This document shows positions 1 to 10,163 of a stretch of 64,000 bases of DNA, piece by piece. Each line of letters begins with the position of its first letter. Within the stretch, counting starts at the first letter, position 1. The notes under the pieces are model-generated. The model saw nothing but the letters and a program-made list of their open reading frames with translations. It ran no database searches and had not been told where the DNA came from. Both the position numbers and the translations under genes were made by a program. The stretch comes from an uncultured Verrucomicrobiae bacterium (GTDB lineage: Bacteria; Verrucomicrobiota; Verrucomicrobiia; Chthoniobacterales; UBA10450). The DNA lies in NCBI GenBank assembly GCA_963772365.1, contig CAVYXA010000003.1, positions 192,001 through 256,000 of the forward strand. The letters run 5' to 3'.

Positions 1-261
1 ACGATTCCGCTGACCAATATAGCCGATGATCAGACCATTACCGTGCGACTCAATTCAGTGAACGGCAGCACGAACGTAGATATTATGATGACCAGGAGCG
101 CCGGAGACACCAATAATACCGGATCTGTAACTTCCGCGGACATCGCTCAAACTAAGAGCCGTATCGGAGGAGCGGTAAATACGACGACTTTCCGCTCGGA
201 CGTGAACGCAAGCGGCTCGATTAACTCGACTGACGTAACAATCATTAAACAAAACCTGTAA
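1..261 (+). CDS. C-terminal end of a protein with Ig-like + dockerin-like module (5'-partial, runs off window)
   Basis: Frame 1 is open from base 1: TIPLTNIADDQTITVRLNSVNG...GDTNNTGSVTSADIAQTKSRIG...FRSDVNASGSINSTDVTIIKQNL*. Homologous to the C-termini of the next two genes. Confidence 0.85.
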   Translation, partial: TIPLTNIADDQTITVRLNSVNGSTNVDIMMTRSAGDTNNTGSVTSADIAQTKSRIGGAVNTTTFRSDVNASGSINSTDVTIIKQNL

Positions 262-349
262 ACGAGGACAGGAGCGTACGATCTGCATATGTGCCCCGGC
301 TAACCACCGGGGCACATTGCTGTTGGGCTTATTGATCCGCCATCATCCC

Positions 350-2326
350 ATGAATATTTGTCTTGGAACGTCCAAAGCAGTGCTGCTCTATTTCGTAGCA
401 TCACTATCCCTAACGGCTGCAGTTTTCGGCCAAGGCGCCTCGGGCAAGCATTTGCCCCAGGAGCCGCTGGAAAGGTACGATAATCCGCCAGTTTACATTT
501 ATCGGGCAGAACCAGGACCGCGGATGATCTCGCGGTTTGGTTCATTTTTCAGTTATCAGGTGAATGTCGATGCAAACGGGAACAACGTTTTGGGCGATGC
601 GGCCAATGAGCCTTCGATTGCTGTCGATCCGACCGATTCGACAAAGATGACGATCGGCTGGCGGCAATTCAACAGTGTTACGTCCAACTTTCGGCAAGGT
701 GGCTGGAGTTTCACGACGGACGGCGGAACGACATGGCATTTCCCTGGCGTGCTGGAAAACAACGTTTTCCGAAGCGATCCGGTGTTGAATGCTAACGAGA
801 CCGGCACGTTTTTTTATCTGAGTCTCCTGCAATCGTTTTGTGACGATATGTGGCGTTCGCTCAATGGCGGTCAGATGTGGACGCGGTTGCAAGCTTCCGG
901 CGGCGCGATGGGTGGTGACAAGCAGTGGTTCACAATCGACACGACGAACGGCACAGGGCACGGTTTCCAGTACCAGACATGGAGCACGGCCGCCCCCTGT
1001 AGCTTTGGGCAATTCAACCGTTCCACGGACGGCGGAGTGACTTGGCAAACTCCTCTCAATCTCCCCAACTCTCCGGTTTGGGGAACACTCGATGTCGCCA
1101 GCAATGGCTATCTCTTCATTGGTGGCGCAAGCAACTTCGCCAGCCCATTCTGGTGCCTCCGTTCGACCGATGCGCAGAATCCTGGCGTGACGCCTGCGTT
1201 CGACCAGGTCACTCAAGTGAACCTCGGCGGCAGTCTGGTTTTTGCCGCCGCAATCAATCCGGATGGCCTGGTCGGGCAAAGTTTCCTGGCTGTAGATCGA
1301 TCCGGCAGCCCTACGAACAACAATATTTATATGCTGGCGAGCGTTCAGCCGTTTAGCGCAGGCAATGGATCAGACGTGATGTTCGCCCGCAGCACGAACG
1401 GCGGGGCAAGCTTCAGCGTACCGGTCCGGATCAACGACGATCCGATCAATCAAAATAAATGGCACTGGCTGGGCACGCTGGCAGTTGCGCCTAACGGACG
1501 GATCGATTGTGTGTGGCTCGACACCCGCAACGCCGCCAACAATACCGATTCGCAACTGTTCTACTCTTACAGCACCGATGGCGGCGCGACGTGGGCGCCT
1601 AATGTGGCAGTGAGCAATCCATTTAATCCATTCGAGGGTTATCCCAATCAGAACAAGATCGGCGATTACATCACGATCGTGTCGGACAACACGGGCGGCA
1701 ATGTGGCCTATTCGGCCACGTTTAATTTCAACGCGAGCCGTGGTCAGCACGAAGAGGACGTTTATTACGTGCGAGTGGCACCGCCGGGACTGCCGGTGGC
1801 GCAAAGTGCTGTGTCGCGAAAAGTACATGGAGGAGCCGGCACCTTCGATGTCGATCTTGGAGTAAGCGGGCCGCCGGGAATCGAATGTCGCAGTGGCGGA
1901 GCCACCAACGATTATACGATAGTGGTGACTTTCGCTGATCCCGTGACAGTGAACGGAAATCCGCAAGCGCAGGTGATCGCCGGAACGGGAATTGTCGGCA
2001 GCGGCGGAGTAAGCAATGGCGGCATGGTGACAGTGAGCGGTAACACGGTCACGATTCCTTTGACCAATGTAGCCAACGCGCAGACGATCACGGTGCGACT
2101 TAATTCAGTAAATGGCGTAGCCAATGTGGATATTGGAATGAGTGTGTTAGTGGGCGACGTGAATGGAAATGCGACAGTAAATTCTTCCGATGTCAGCCAG
2201 ACGAAGTCGCAGATCGGTCAGGCAGTAACCGGATCCAATTTCCGAACGGACGTAAACGCCAACGGCACGATTAATTCCACTGATGCTTCGCAAGTAAAAG
2301 CAAACGTCGGCACCGGCCTGCCTTAG
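350..2326 (+). CDS. Secreted BNR/Asp-box (sialidase-fold) protein with C-terminal Ig-like + dockerin-like module
   Basis: Signal peptide (MNICLG...LTAAVFGQ); multiple SxDGGxTW Asp-boxes; C-terminal SAVSRKVHGGAGTFD...ECRSGG and two DVNxxGx(V/I)NxxD loops. ATG 350 preferred over TTG 317. Confidence 0.85.
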   Translation: MNICLGTSKAVLLYFVASLSLTAAVFGQGASGKHLPQEPLERYDNPPVYIYRAEPGPRMISRFGSFFSYQVNVDANGNNVLGDAANEPSIAVDPTDSTKMTIGWRQFNSVTSNFRQGGWSFTTDGGTTWHFPGVLENNVFRSDPVLNANETGTFFYLSLLQSFCDDMWRSLNGGQMWTRLQASGGAMGGDKQWFTIDTTNGTGHGFQYQTWSTAAPCSFGQFNRSTDGGVTWQTPLNLPNSPVWGTLDVASNGYLFIGGASNFASPFWCLRSTDAQNPGVTPAFDQVTQVNLGGSLVFAAAINPDGLVGQSFLAVDRSGSPTNNNIYMLASVQPFSAGNGSDVMFARSTNGGASFSVPVRINDDPINQNKWHWLGTLAVAPNGRIDCVWLDTRNAANNTDSQLFYSYSTDGGATWAPNVAVSNPFNPFEGYPNQNKIGDYITIVSDNTGGNVAYSATFNFNASRGQHEEDVYYVRVAPPGLPVAQSAVSRKVHGGAGTFDVDLGVSGPPGIECRSGGATNDYTIVVTFADPVTVNGNPQAQVIAGTGIVGSGGVSNGGMVTVSGNTVTIPLTNVANAQTITVRLNSVNGVANVDIGMSVLVGDVNGNATVNSSDVSQTKSQIGQAVTGSNFRTDVNANGTINSTDASQVKANVGTGLP

Positions 2327-2385
2327 AACGATTCGAACTGCAACGTCCAAGTCAATTGATCAGCAACACGCAAGGGGAACTGTTT

Positions 2386-4365
2386 ATGAAAATCCGCATC
2401 ATCATCTTAAACATCATCGCCAGTTTATTTTCGTTGTCGTTAGCCGCTGTGGCCTCGGCGCAGCTGGTGCCGACTCATCCAGCGGTACGAGAAGAACTGG
2501 TCGAGCGATATGACAACCCGCCCGCGCCGCCTCAAAAGATCCAGACTTCGCCGCGAATGATCTCCGTGTTTGGGGCGTTCGCCAGTTACCAGGTGAATGT
2601 CGATGCAAATGGGGACAATATTCTCGGCGACGCCGCTAACGAGTGTGCAATCTCCGTTGATCCCACTGACGGCAATAAGATGACGATTGCGTGGAGGCAG
2701 TTCAACAATGTGACTTCGAACTTTCGGCAAGGCGGCTGGGGTTACACCACAGATTCCGGCCTGACGTGGAATTTTCCTGGTGTTTTGCAAAACAATGTTT
2801 TCCGGAGCGATCCGGTGACTAAATCAGACGAGATCGGCCAATTTTTTTATCTCAGTCTGCAATCGGACGTAAACACGTCGTTTTTCTGCGATGACCTGTG
2901 GCGTTCGACAAATGGTGGCCAATCGTGGACGGAGCAGTCTCCCGATCGAGGCGGCGGCGGCGGCGACAAGCAGTGGTTGACCATCGACAGAACCAACGGG
3001 CCGGGGCACGGCTTCCAGTACCAGGCGGACGACGGTATTAACTGCAGCGGTGGCGGCGTGGAATTCCAACGCTCCACCAATGGCGGCGTAACGTGGCAGT
3101 CGCCAGTCGTTATTCCAAATTCGCCCGTATATGGCACGCTCGATGTAGATTCGAACGGCAATGTTTTTGTCGGTGGCTGGAGCGGGGGTTCAACGTTTCG
3201 CTGTATTCGGTCGAGCAATGCGCAGAACGGCGGCCAGACGCCATCCTTTGATCGAAACACCTCTGTCAGCCTCGGTGGCACTATTGTTCAAGGTGGAATA
3301 AATAACGTGGGACTTTGTGGGCAGGTGTTCCTGGCGATCGACCACTCCGGCGGCCCGACTAATAACAACATTTATATGCTGGCCAGTGTGGAGCCCTCCG
3401 GGCGGAACACCACCGACGTGATGTTTGTGCGCAGCACCGACGGCGGACTGACCTTCAGCGCGCCGCACCGGATCAATGACGATGGGCTCACAAATAAATG
3501 GCACTGGTTTGGCACATTCGCCGTAGCTCCGAATGGGCGTCTTGACGCGGTCTGGCTTGACTCCCGCAATGCAGCCAACAACACCGACTCGCAGTTATTC
3601 TATTCTTATAGCACCGATGGCGGCGCGACGTGGGCGGCCAACGTGGCAGTGAGCAATTCGTTTAATCCTATGGAGGGTTATCCGAATCAAAGCAAGATCG
3701 GCGATTACATCACGATCGTATCGGACAATACCGGCGGCAATGTAGCCTATTCGGCCACGTTCAATTTCAACGCGAGCCGTGGTCAGCACGAAGAGGACGT
3801 TTATTACGTCCGAGTGGCACCGCCGGGACTGCCGGTGGCCCAAAGTGCTGTGTCGCGAAAAGTACATGGAGGGGCCGGGACCTTCGATGTTGATCTTGGA
3901 ATCGGAGGGCCACCGGGCATCGAATGTCGCAGTGGCGGAGCCACCAACGATTATACGATAGTGGTGACTTTCGCTGATCCCGTGACAGTGAACGGAAATC
4001 CGCAAGCGCAGGTGATCGCCGGAACGGGAATCGTGGGCAGCGGCGGAGTAAGCAATGGCGGCATGGTGACGGTGAGCGGCAACACAGTGACGATTCCTCT
4101 GACCAATGTGGCCAACGTCCAGACGATCACGGTTCGGCTCAACTCGGTGAATGGTGTGACTAATGTCGATGTTCCAATGAGTGTGTTGATAGGAGACGTG
4201 AATGGGAACGCTACCGTCAACGCGTCCGATGTCAGTCTGACAAAAGCGCAGATCGGCCAGGCTGTAACTGCCTCGAATTTCCGCGAAGACGTCAATGCCA
4301 GCGGCACGATCAACTCCACTGATGCTTCTCAAGTGAAAGCAAACGTGGGCACCGGTCTGCAGTAA
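2386..4365 (+). CDS. Tandem paralogue: secreted BNR/Asp-box protein with Ig-like + dockerin-like module
   Basis: AAGGGGA SD-like motif before ATG 2386; signal peptide MKIRIIILNIIASLFSLSLAAVASAQ; Asp-boxes; C-terminal half nearly identical to 350..2326. Confidence 0.87.
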   Translation: MKIRIIILNIIASLFSLSLAAVASAQLVPTHPAVREELVERYDNPPAPPQKIQTSPRMISVFGAFASYQVNVDANGDNILGDAANECAISVDPTDGNKMTIAWRQFNNVTSNFRQGGWGYTTDSGLTWNFPGVLQNNVFRSDPVTKSDEIGQFFYLSLQSDVNTSFFCDDLWRSTNGGQSWTEQSPDRGGGGGDKQWLTIDRTNGPGHGFQYQADDGINCSGGGVEFQRSTNGGVTWQSPVVIPNSPVYGTLDVDSNGNVFVGGWSGGSTFRCIRSSNAQNGGQTPSFDRNTSVSLGGTIVQGGINNVGLCGQVFLAIDHSGGPTNNNIYMLASVEPSGRNTTDVMFVRSTDGGLTFSAPHRINDDGLTNKWHWFGTFAVAPNGRLDAVWLDSRNAANNTDSQLFYSYSTDGGATWAANVAVSNSFNPMEGYPNQSKIGDYITIVSDNTGGNVAYSATFNFNASRGQHEEDVYYVRVAPPGLPVAQSAVSRKVHGGAGTFDVDLGIGGPPGIECRSGGATNDYTIVVTFADPVTVNGNPQAQVIAGTGIVGSGGVSNGGMVTVSGNTVTIPLTNVANVQTITVRLNSVNGVTNVDVPMSVLIGDVNGNATVNASDVSLTKAQIGQAVTASNFREDVNASGTINSTDASQVKANVGTGLQ

Positions 4366-4595
4366 ACTTATTCCTCGTTTTCTGGAAGACTGTCGATCTT
4401 GAGTCGCAGTCTGTCGGCCGCGCGCTCGATGACGTCGCGCGCCCGGGTGTTTTTTCTCGCGTCTCGCGATGGACCTGATCCATGAATGGATCCATTGCGG
4501 ACTCGATCATGCTAAGTTTCCGGCGAGTTGCTGTCACTTTCCTTTGCAGCTCCGGTTGAGATGATTTATCGCGCCCCGACCACTTCACGTTTGAA

Positions 4596-5186
4596 GTGCG
4601 AATTGATTTTGTGCGGATGCAGCGGGAGAAAAAAAATCGAGCGCGTCGTTTGAGTTCGGGCTCGCGCCCTTGCAGGGATTACGTTAGGAACGGATCTTTG
4701 AACGGAAAACAACCTGCCTCTTCTCTGGAAGTGCGCCAGTCTCGAGTGCATGGGCGCGGCGTTTACACCACTCGCTCAATTCCAGCAGGCAAACGAATCA
4801 TCGAATACACCGGCGAGCGGGTTTTGTGGGAAGATGCTCCTGACGACGAGGACGATCCGCACACCTTCAATTTCGGTCTGGAAAACGGCTTGGTTATCAA
4901 CCCGGAAATTGGCGGCAACGATGCGCGCTGGATCAATCATTCCTGCGAGCCGAACTGCGAGGCGATCGAGGAGGACGAGCGCATTTTTATTTACGCGTTG
5001 CGCGACATCGAACCGGGCGAGGAACTCTTTTACGATTATGCGCTGGAAATCGACGAGCCGATTACGGCTGAGTCGGCCACGAAACACAAGTGTTGCTGTG
5101 GCAGTGCAAAATGTCGGGGAACGATGCTCGAATTAGAAAGTCCTCTTCAGGCAGCCAGGAATTTCGCAAAAACAATTAGTGATTAG
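4596..5186 (+). CDS. SET domain protein-lysine N-methyltransferase (start uncertain)
   Basis: HGRGVY, ARWINHSCEPN and ELFYDY motifs plus post-SET CCCGSAKCRG. Confidence 0.88.
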   Translation: MRIDFVRMQREKKNRARRLSSGSRPCRDYVRNGSLNGKQPASSLEVRQSRVHGRGVYTTRSIPAGKRIIEYTGERVLWEDAPDDEDDPHTFNFGLENGLVINPEIGGNDARWINHSCEPNCEAIEEDERIFIYALRDIEPGEELFYDYALEIDEPITAESATKHKCCCGSAKCRGTMLELESPLQAARNFAKTISD

Positions 5187-5225
5187 CGATAGCCATTCTC
5201 GACTGCCGCATTCTTTTCCGGCTCG

Positions 5226-6908
5226 ATGATCAACGATCTCTGGTACAAAAACGCCGTTATTTATTGCCTGTCGGTTGGCACTTACATGGATTCTGACGCC
5301 GATGGGGATGGAGATTTTCGAGGACTGATGCGCCAGCTCGATTATCTGCAGGGACTTGGCGTCACCGCCATTTGGCTGATGCCGTTTCAAACATCACCGC
5401 GCCGGGATGATGGTTACGACGTGTCGGACTATTACAATGTCGATCCTCGTTATGGCACGCTCGGAGATTTTGTAGAGTTCACTCACGCTGCCAGACAACG
5501 TGGCATTCGGGTTCTAATCGATCTCGTGGTCAACCACACCTCCGACCAGCACCCGTGGTTCAAGGAAGCTCGCCGCGATCCAAACTCCAAATATCGCCAG
5601 TGGTATGTTTGGTCCAAGAAAAAGCCGCCGCGGGTGAACCAGGGTATGGTTTTTCCAGGCGTGCAAAAAACGACCTGGACCTATGATTCCAAGGCGCGGG
5701 CCTGGTACTTTCATCGGTTTTACAATTTCCAACCCGATCTCAATAGCGAAAATCCCGATGTCCAGGCGGAGATTTTGAAAATCATGGGCTTCTGGATTCA
5801 GCTGGGCGTCTCGGGGTTCCGCATGGATGCTGTCCCCTTCATTATTTCTGAGAAAGGCCCGGCGGTCCGAAAACCAAAGTTGCACTTCGACATGCTGCGT
5901 TCTTTTCGCGAGTTCCTTCAATGGCGACAAGGTGATTGCATCATCCTGGCTGAGGCAAATGTCCTACCCGAAACCGATCTGGAGTATTTCGGCGACGAAG
6001 GCGAACGAATGCACATGATGTTCAATTTTCAGGTAAACCAAAACCTGTTTTACGCCCTGGCCGCGGCGGATATCCGTCCGCTAATCGAGGCGCTCGAAGC
6101 GACAAAGCCGCGTCCTGCGACTGCCCAGTGGGGAATGTTTTTGCGTAATCACGATGAACTGGATCTGGGTCGTTTGACTATGCAACAGCGGCAGACTGTT
6201 TTCCGCGCGTTTGGACCCACAAAGAATATGCAACTTTACAATCGCGGAATTCGACGCCGCCTCGCGCCGATGTTGGGCGGTAACCGCAGGCGGATCGAGC
6301 TTGCCTACAGCCTGATGTTCACGCTGCCCGGCACGCCGGTGATTCGCTACGGTGACGAACTGGGCATGGGCGACGATCTTAGTCTGCCGGAACGCCAGAG
6401 TGCGCGTACAGCAATGCAGTGGTCGAACGAGCCGCAGAGCGGATTTACAAAAAGTTCCCGACCAGACACGAAAGTAATCGAGGAAGGACCGTACGGATAT
6501 CAGCACATTAATGCTGCAATTCAACGGCGCGATCCCGAATCACTTTTGAACTGGACGGAGCGCATTATCCGCATGCGCAAAGAGGTTCCCGAAATCGGCT
6601 GGGGCGATTTCGCCGTTCTCAATGTTCGCGATCGGGCCGTGCTGGCGTTGCGCTACGACTGGCGCAATAACTCGGTATTTTTTCTGCACAATCTCGGTGA
6701 GAAACCGCGTGAAATTTCACTCGATCCAAAGGTGAAACCCGAGCATGGCGCACTGCTGGTCAACCTTCTCAGTGAGGATCACAGCCGGGCTGATAAGTCC
6801 GGCAGGCACCACATCGTTCTCGAAGGCTATGGTTATCGCTGGTACCGCGTCGGCGGACTCGATTACCTTCTTCGCAGGAAAGAGATCGACAAAACTGCCA
6901 AGAAATAA
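5226..6908 (+). CDS. GH13 alpha-amylase family protein, trehalose synthase (TreS)-like
   Basis: WYKNAVIY, DDGYDVSDY, DLVVNHTS, GFRMDAVP, LAEAN, FLRNHDEL and GIRRRLAPML motifs. Confidence 0.88.
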   Translation: MINDLWYKNAVIYCLSVGTYMDSDADGDGDFRGLMRQLDYLQGLGVTAIWLMPFQTSPRRDDGYDVSDYYNVDPRYGTLGDFVEFTHAARQRGIRVLIDLVVNHTSDQHPWFKEARRDPNSKYRQWYVWSKKKPPRVNQGMVFPGVQKTTWTYDSKARAWYFHRFYNFQPDLNSENPDVQAEILKIMGFWIQLGVSGFRMDAVPFIISEKGPAVRKPKLHFDMLRSFREFLQWRQGDCIILAEANVLPETDLEYFGDEGERMHMMFNFQVNQNLFYALAAADIRPLIEALEATKPRPATAQWGMFLRNHDELDLGRLTMQQRQTVFRAFGPTKNMQLYNRGIRRRLAPMLGGNRRRIELAYSLMFTLPGTPVIRYGDELGMGDDLSLPERQSARTAMQWSNEPQSGFTKSSRPDTKVIEEGPYGYQHINAAIQRRDPESLLNWTERIIRMRKEVPEIGWGDFAVLNVRDRAVLALRYDWRNNSVFFLHNLGEKPREISLDPKVKPEHGALLVNLLSEDHSRADKSGRHHIVLEGYGYRWYRVGGLDYLLRRKEIDKTAKK

Positions 6909-6982
6909 AGCTGGTTTCCACCCGATCAGTACCGGCAGGACTTTAGCATTTAAGCGTTCCGCTTTTTGTCTATTCTGTTGCC

Positions 6983-8110
6983 ATGGAACGCCGAGAATTC
7001 TTGATCAAATCTGGGATGGCTGCGGCAGCGACAGCTTTTCTCGAGCCGGCTGTAGCTCTAGGCCAGAAGAAACAAATGTGGCCGGGATATGCCAGCGCCA
7101 CCGTGATCGATGCGCTCGGCGCGCCAGGCCATGGAACATTCGGCGATCGCGTCCCGTTGATTCCATCCGATGTCGCCGACATCAAAGCATCCGGTTTGAC
7201 GGCGATTAATGTCACCGTCGGCGGCGTCGGCAATTACGCGAAGGATTTTGAGGATGCCCTGCAAAACATTGCCTTTTGGGATCAGCAAATCGCAGTTCAC
7301 CCTGATGCGTTAATGAAAATCAAAGGAAGCGCCGATCTGCTCGAGGCGAAGAAGAATCGGAAAGTCGGCCTGATCTACGGCTTCCAGGACGCCACACCTT
7401 TTGGCCAATCGGCCGATCGACTCGATCTTTTTCTCGATCTCGATGTCCGCATTATTCAGCTCACTTACAATCGGGCCAATCTCGTCGGCGATGGCTGCAT
7501 GGAACCACGCAAGGCCGGGCTGAGCTTGTTCGGGCGCGATCTGGTTGCACGTCTAAACGAGAAACGTGTGTTGATTGACCTGAGCCATTGCGGCGAGCAC
7601 ACGACATTGGAAACAATCGAGCGTTCGACGCAACCGGTTTCAATCACCCATGCCGGTTGCATGGCAATCGCTAATCTTCCTCGCAACAAAACCGATGAAG
7701 AACTGCGCAAACTCGCCGAAAAAGGCGGCGTCGTCGGGATTTATCTGATGCCATTTCTGCGGACAACCGGTCAACCGATGGCTCTTGATGTGATCCAGCA
7801 TATCGAACACGCGCTCAAGATCTGCGGTGAAGACCATGTTGGTATCGGTACTGACGGCGTAATTTCCGCGATCAATGTGACGCCGGAATTTCGAAAGCAA
7901 TTCCGGGAGGAAATAGCGCAGCGCCGGAAGCGTGGGATATCCGCGCCGGGTGAAAGGGAAGACGCATTCACATTTGTGCCTGATCTAAATACTCCGGAAC
8001 GCTTTGAAACGATCGGGTACTTGCTATCGAAGCGCGGTCATTCCGACACGCAGATCGAGAAAATTCTTGGCGGCAATTTTGGCCGCATCTTTAGAGAGGT
8101 GTGGGGCTGA
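6983..8110 (+). CDS. Membrane dipeptidase (peptidase M19 family) with Tat signal
   Basis: Twin-arginine motif MERREFL; QLTYN, IDLSH, SITH, RNKTDE and HVGIGTD motifs. Confidence 0.88.
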   Translation: MERREFLIKSGMAAAATAFLEPAVALGQKKQMWPGYASATVIDALGAPGHGTFGDRVPLIPSDVADIKASGLTAINVTVGGVGNYAKDFEDALQNIAFWDQQIAVHPDALMKIKGSADLLEAKKNRKVGLIYGFQDATPFGQSADRLDLFLDLDVRIIQLTYNRANLVGDGCMEPRKAGLSLFGRDLVARLNEKRVLIDLSHCGEHTTLETIERSTQPVSITHAGCMAIANLPRNKTDEELRKLAEKGGVVGIYLMPFLRTTGQPMALDVIQHIEHALKICGEDHVGIGTDGVISAINVTPEFRKQFREEIAQRRKRGISAPGEREDAFTFVPDLNTPERFETIGYLLSKRGHSDTQIEKILGGNFGRIFREVWG

Positions 8111-8175
8111 GTACGATTCAGATCTCGAGCTCGTGAGACACGCTCGATGGCGGATCGGAAATCGAATCCAAGACG

Positions 8176-8868
8176 ATGACTTTTTCCAGATGGCAAGCGT
8201 TATCCGAGACGGAACGTGAAGCAGAGAAACAAAGCTGGTTTCCGTTCGAACCGGGTTACTGGCACTCGCTGGCTTTGGAAGCGGCGGCGCGATTCCAGCG
8301 CGAGTTTGGATCGAAACGGCATGTGACCAGGGTTTACAAGAGCCTGTATCGAGCCCGGGAATTAATTGTGGCCGTCCAAACCAATTCTAGCAAAATTGAG
8401 TTGCCCGCCTCATATCTCGGGTTTCGGGTGGTGCAGTTTGCCAACCGGATCCCGGCAGGCGTGCTGGTTGATCCAGGTCCAGCTGATAAGTCGCTCCCCA
8501 GGAAACGAAATGCGATAGCCAAGCGCCAACCGCCTGATTGGCCGCGACGAATTCAAGAAGCCAAATTGGGATCGCGCCGGATCGTGCGATTAGAGGGCGA
8601 GATCGACATGCATGTCTCGCCTCGAATCAAATCCGAGTTGCGCGAGATCATCCGAGAGAAACCGAAAAAGCTGGTAGTCGATCTTTCCCGTCTGTCCTAC
8701 ATCGACAGTTCGGGATTAGCTGCCCTCATTAATGCGATGCAAAAAGTAGAAGCTTATCGTGGAAAATTTTATCTCATTCGCATGCCGCCCGCCATCCGAT
8801 TGATATTTGAGACCTCCGGGTTGAAAGAGGTGTTTCGAATCCGCCGCGATCTTGCTGACCTGGGATGA
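8176..8868 (+). CDS. STAS (anti-sigma factor antagonist) domain protein with unassigned N-terminal domain
   Basis: C-terminal VRLEGEIDMHVSPRIK...VVDLSRLSYIDSSGLAALI...IFETSGL. Confidence 0.8.
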   Translation: MTFSRWQALSETEREAEKQSWFPFEPGYWHSLALEAAARFQREFGSKRHVTRVYKSLYRARELIVAVQTNSSKIELPASYLGFRVVQFANRIPAGVLVDPGPADKSLPRKRNAIAKRQPPDWPRRIQEAKLGSRRIVRLEGEIDMHVSPRIKSELREIIREKPKKLVVDLSRLSYIDSSGLAALINAMQKVEAYRGKFYLIRMPPAIRLIFETSGLKEVFRIRRDLADLG

Positions 8869-8949
8869 ACGAATCGGGTCGACATGTTGGCAAAAATATT
8901 CGCGTTCGTCGCGAAGTTGCCTATTACAAATAAGATTCTTTTGCCTGTG

Positions 8950-10134
8950 ATGACCAAGACCCACGAGCTTCGCCTCGCCAAACGAATGTCCCGTCTCGGG
9001 ACTGAGACCGCGTTCGAAGTCCTCGTGAAAGCCCGCGCGCTCGAGGCAAAAGGCCGCGACATTGTGCACCTGGAAATTGGTGAGCCCGATTTCGATACGC
9101 CATCCAACATCATCGATGCGGGCTGCGATGCGTTGCACAAAGGATTTACTCACTACGGACCTTCGGCCGGCCTGCCGCAGTTGCGCGAGACGATTGCTCA
9201 ATACGTGCGCGAGACGCGCCGGGTCGAGGCTTCGCCTGATGAGGTGGTCGTCGTTCCCGGTGGCAAGCCGATCATTTTTTTCAGCATTCTCGCGTTGGTC
9301 GAGGAGGGAGATGAAGTCATTTATCCAAATCCTGGATTCCCGATCTATGAGTCCATGATCAATTTTCTGGGAGCCAAAGCAGTGCCGATCCGGTTGCGCG
9401 AAGAAATGGATTTCCGGCTGGATGTCAATGAACTGGCGGGCCTAATTAACAATCGCACTCGTCTGATCATCATGAACTCGCCCCAGAACCCGACCGGCGG
9501 CGTGCTGACCAAAGATGACATCGACAAGATCGCAGAAGCCATCACCGGAAGTGAGGCGATGATCCTGAGCGATGAGATCTACAGTCGGCTGATTTTCGAA
9601 GGTGAACATCATTCCATCCTGTCGATCGATGGAATGAAAGAACGTACGATCTTGCTCGATGGCTTTTCAAAAACTTACGCCATGACCGGTTGGCGAATGG
9701 GATACGGAGTGATGCGGGCGGACCTGGCGACCCACATCTCCCGACTGATGACAAACTCGAATTCCTGCACCGCCAGCTTTACCCAGGCAGCCGGTGTTGA
9801 AGCTCTTCGCGGCCCGCAGGATTCAGTCGAAAAGATGTGTGCGGAGTTCAAGAGACGGCGTGACGTGATGGTTGATGGATTGAACAAGATCAAAGGATTT
9901 TCCTGCCGTTTGCCAAAAGGCGCGTTCTACGTTTTTCCAAACATCACGAAGACTGGCTGGCCATCGAAAAAATTGGCCGATGCATTGCTGGAGGAAGCCG
10001 GGGTCGCCGCGTTGTCTGGAACTTCGTTCGGCGCTTTCGGCGAAGGGTATCTGCGGTTCAGCGTGGCCAACTCCATCGAGAACATCGAAAAGGCGCTCGA
10101 TCGGATAAACGCTTGGGCGGCCAAGAATCTTTGA
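8950..10134 (+). CDS. PLP-dependent class I/II (aspartate-type) aminotransferase
   Basis: HLEIGEPDF, NSPQNPTG, SDEIY and GFSKTYAMTGWRMG motifs; ATG 8950 chosen as start. Confidence 0.93.
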   Translation: MTKTHELRLAKRMSRLGTETAFEVLVKARALEAKGRDIVHLEIGEPDFDTPSNIIDAGCDALHKGFTHYGPSAGLPQLRETIAQYVRETRRVEASPDEVVVVPGGKPIIFFSILALVEEGDEVIYPNPGFPIYESMINFLGAKAVPIRLREEMDFRLDVNELAGLINNRTRLIIMNSPQNPTGGVLTKDDIDKIAEAITGSEAMILSDEIYSRLIFEGEHHSILSIDGMKERTILLDGFSKTYAMTGWRMGYGVMRADLATHISRLMTNSNSCTASFTQAAGVEALRGPQDSVEKMCAEFKRRRDVMVDGLNKIKGFSCRLPKGAFYVFPNITKTGWPSKKLADALLEEAGVAALSGTSFGAFGEGYLRFSVANSIENIEKALDRINAWAAKNL

Positions 10135-10163
10135 GAAGCGCAGGAAAGCAGGATTCCTGAAAG

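Noticed and set aside
4596..4700. Basic stretch before the SET domain as a nuclear localisation signal
   Set aside because: The start codon is uncertain and may lie downstream, and no secretion system is in the window.
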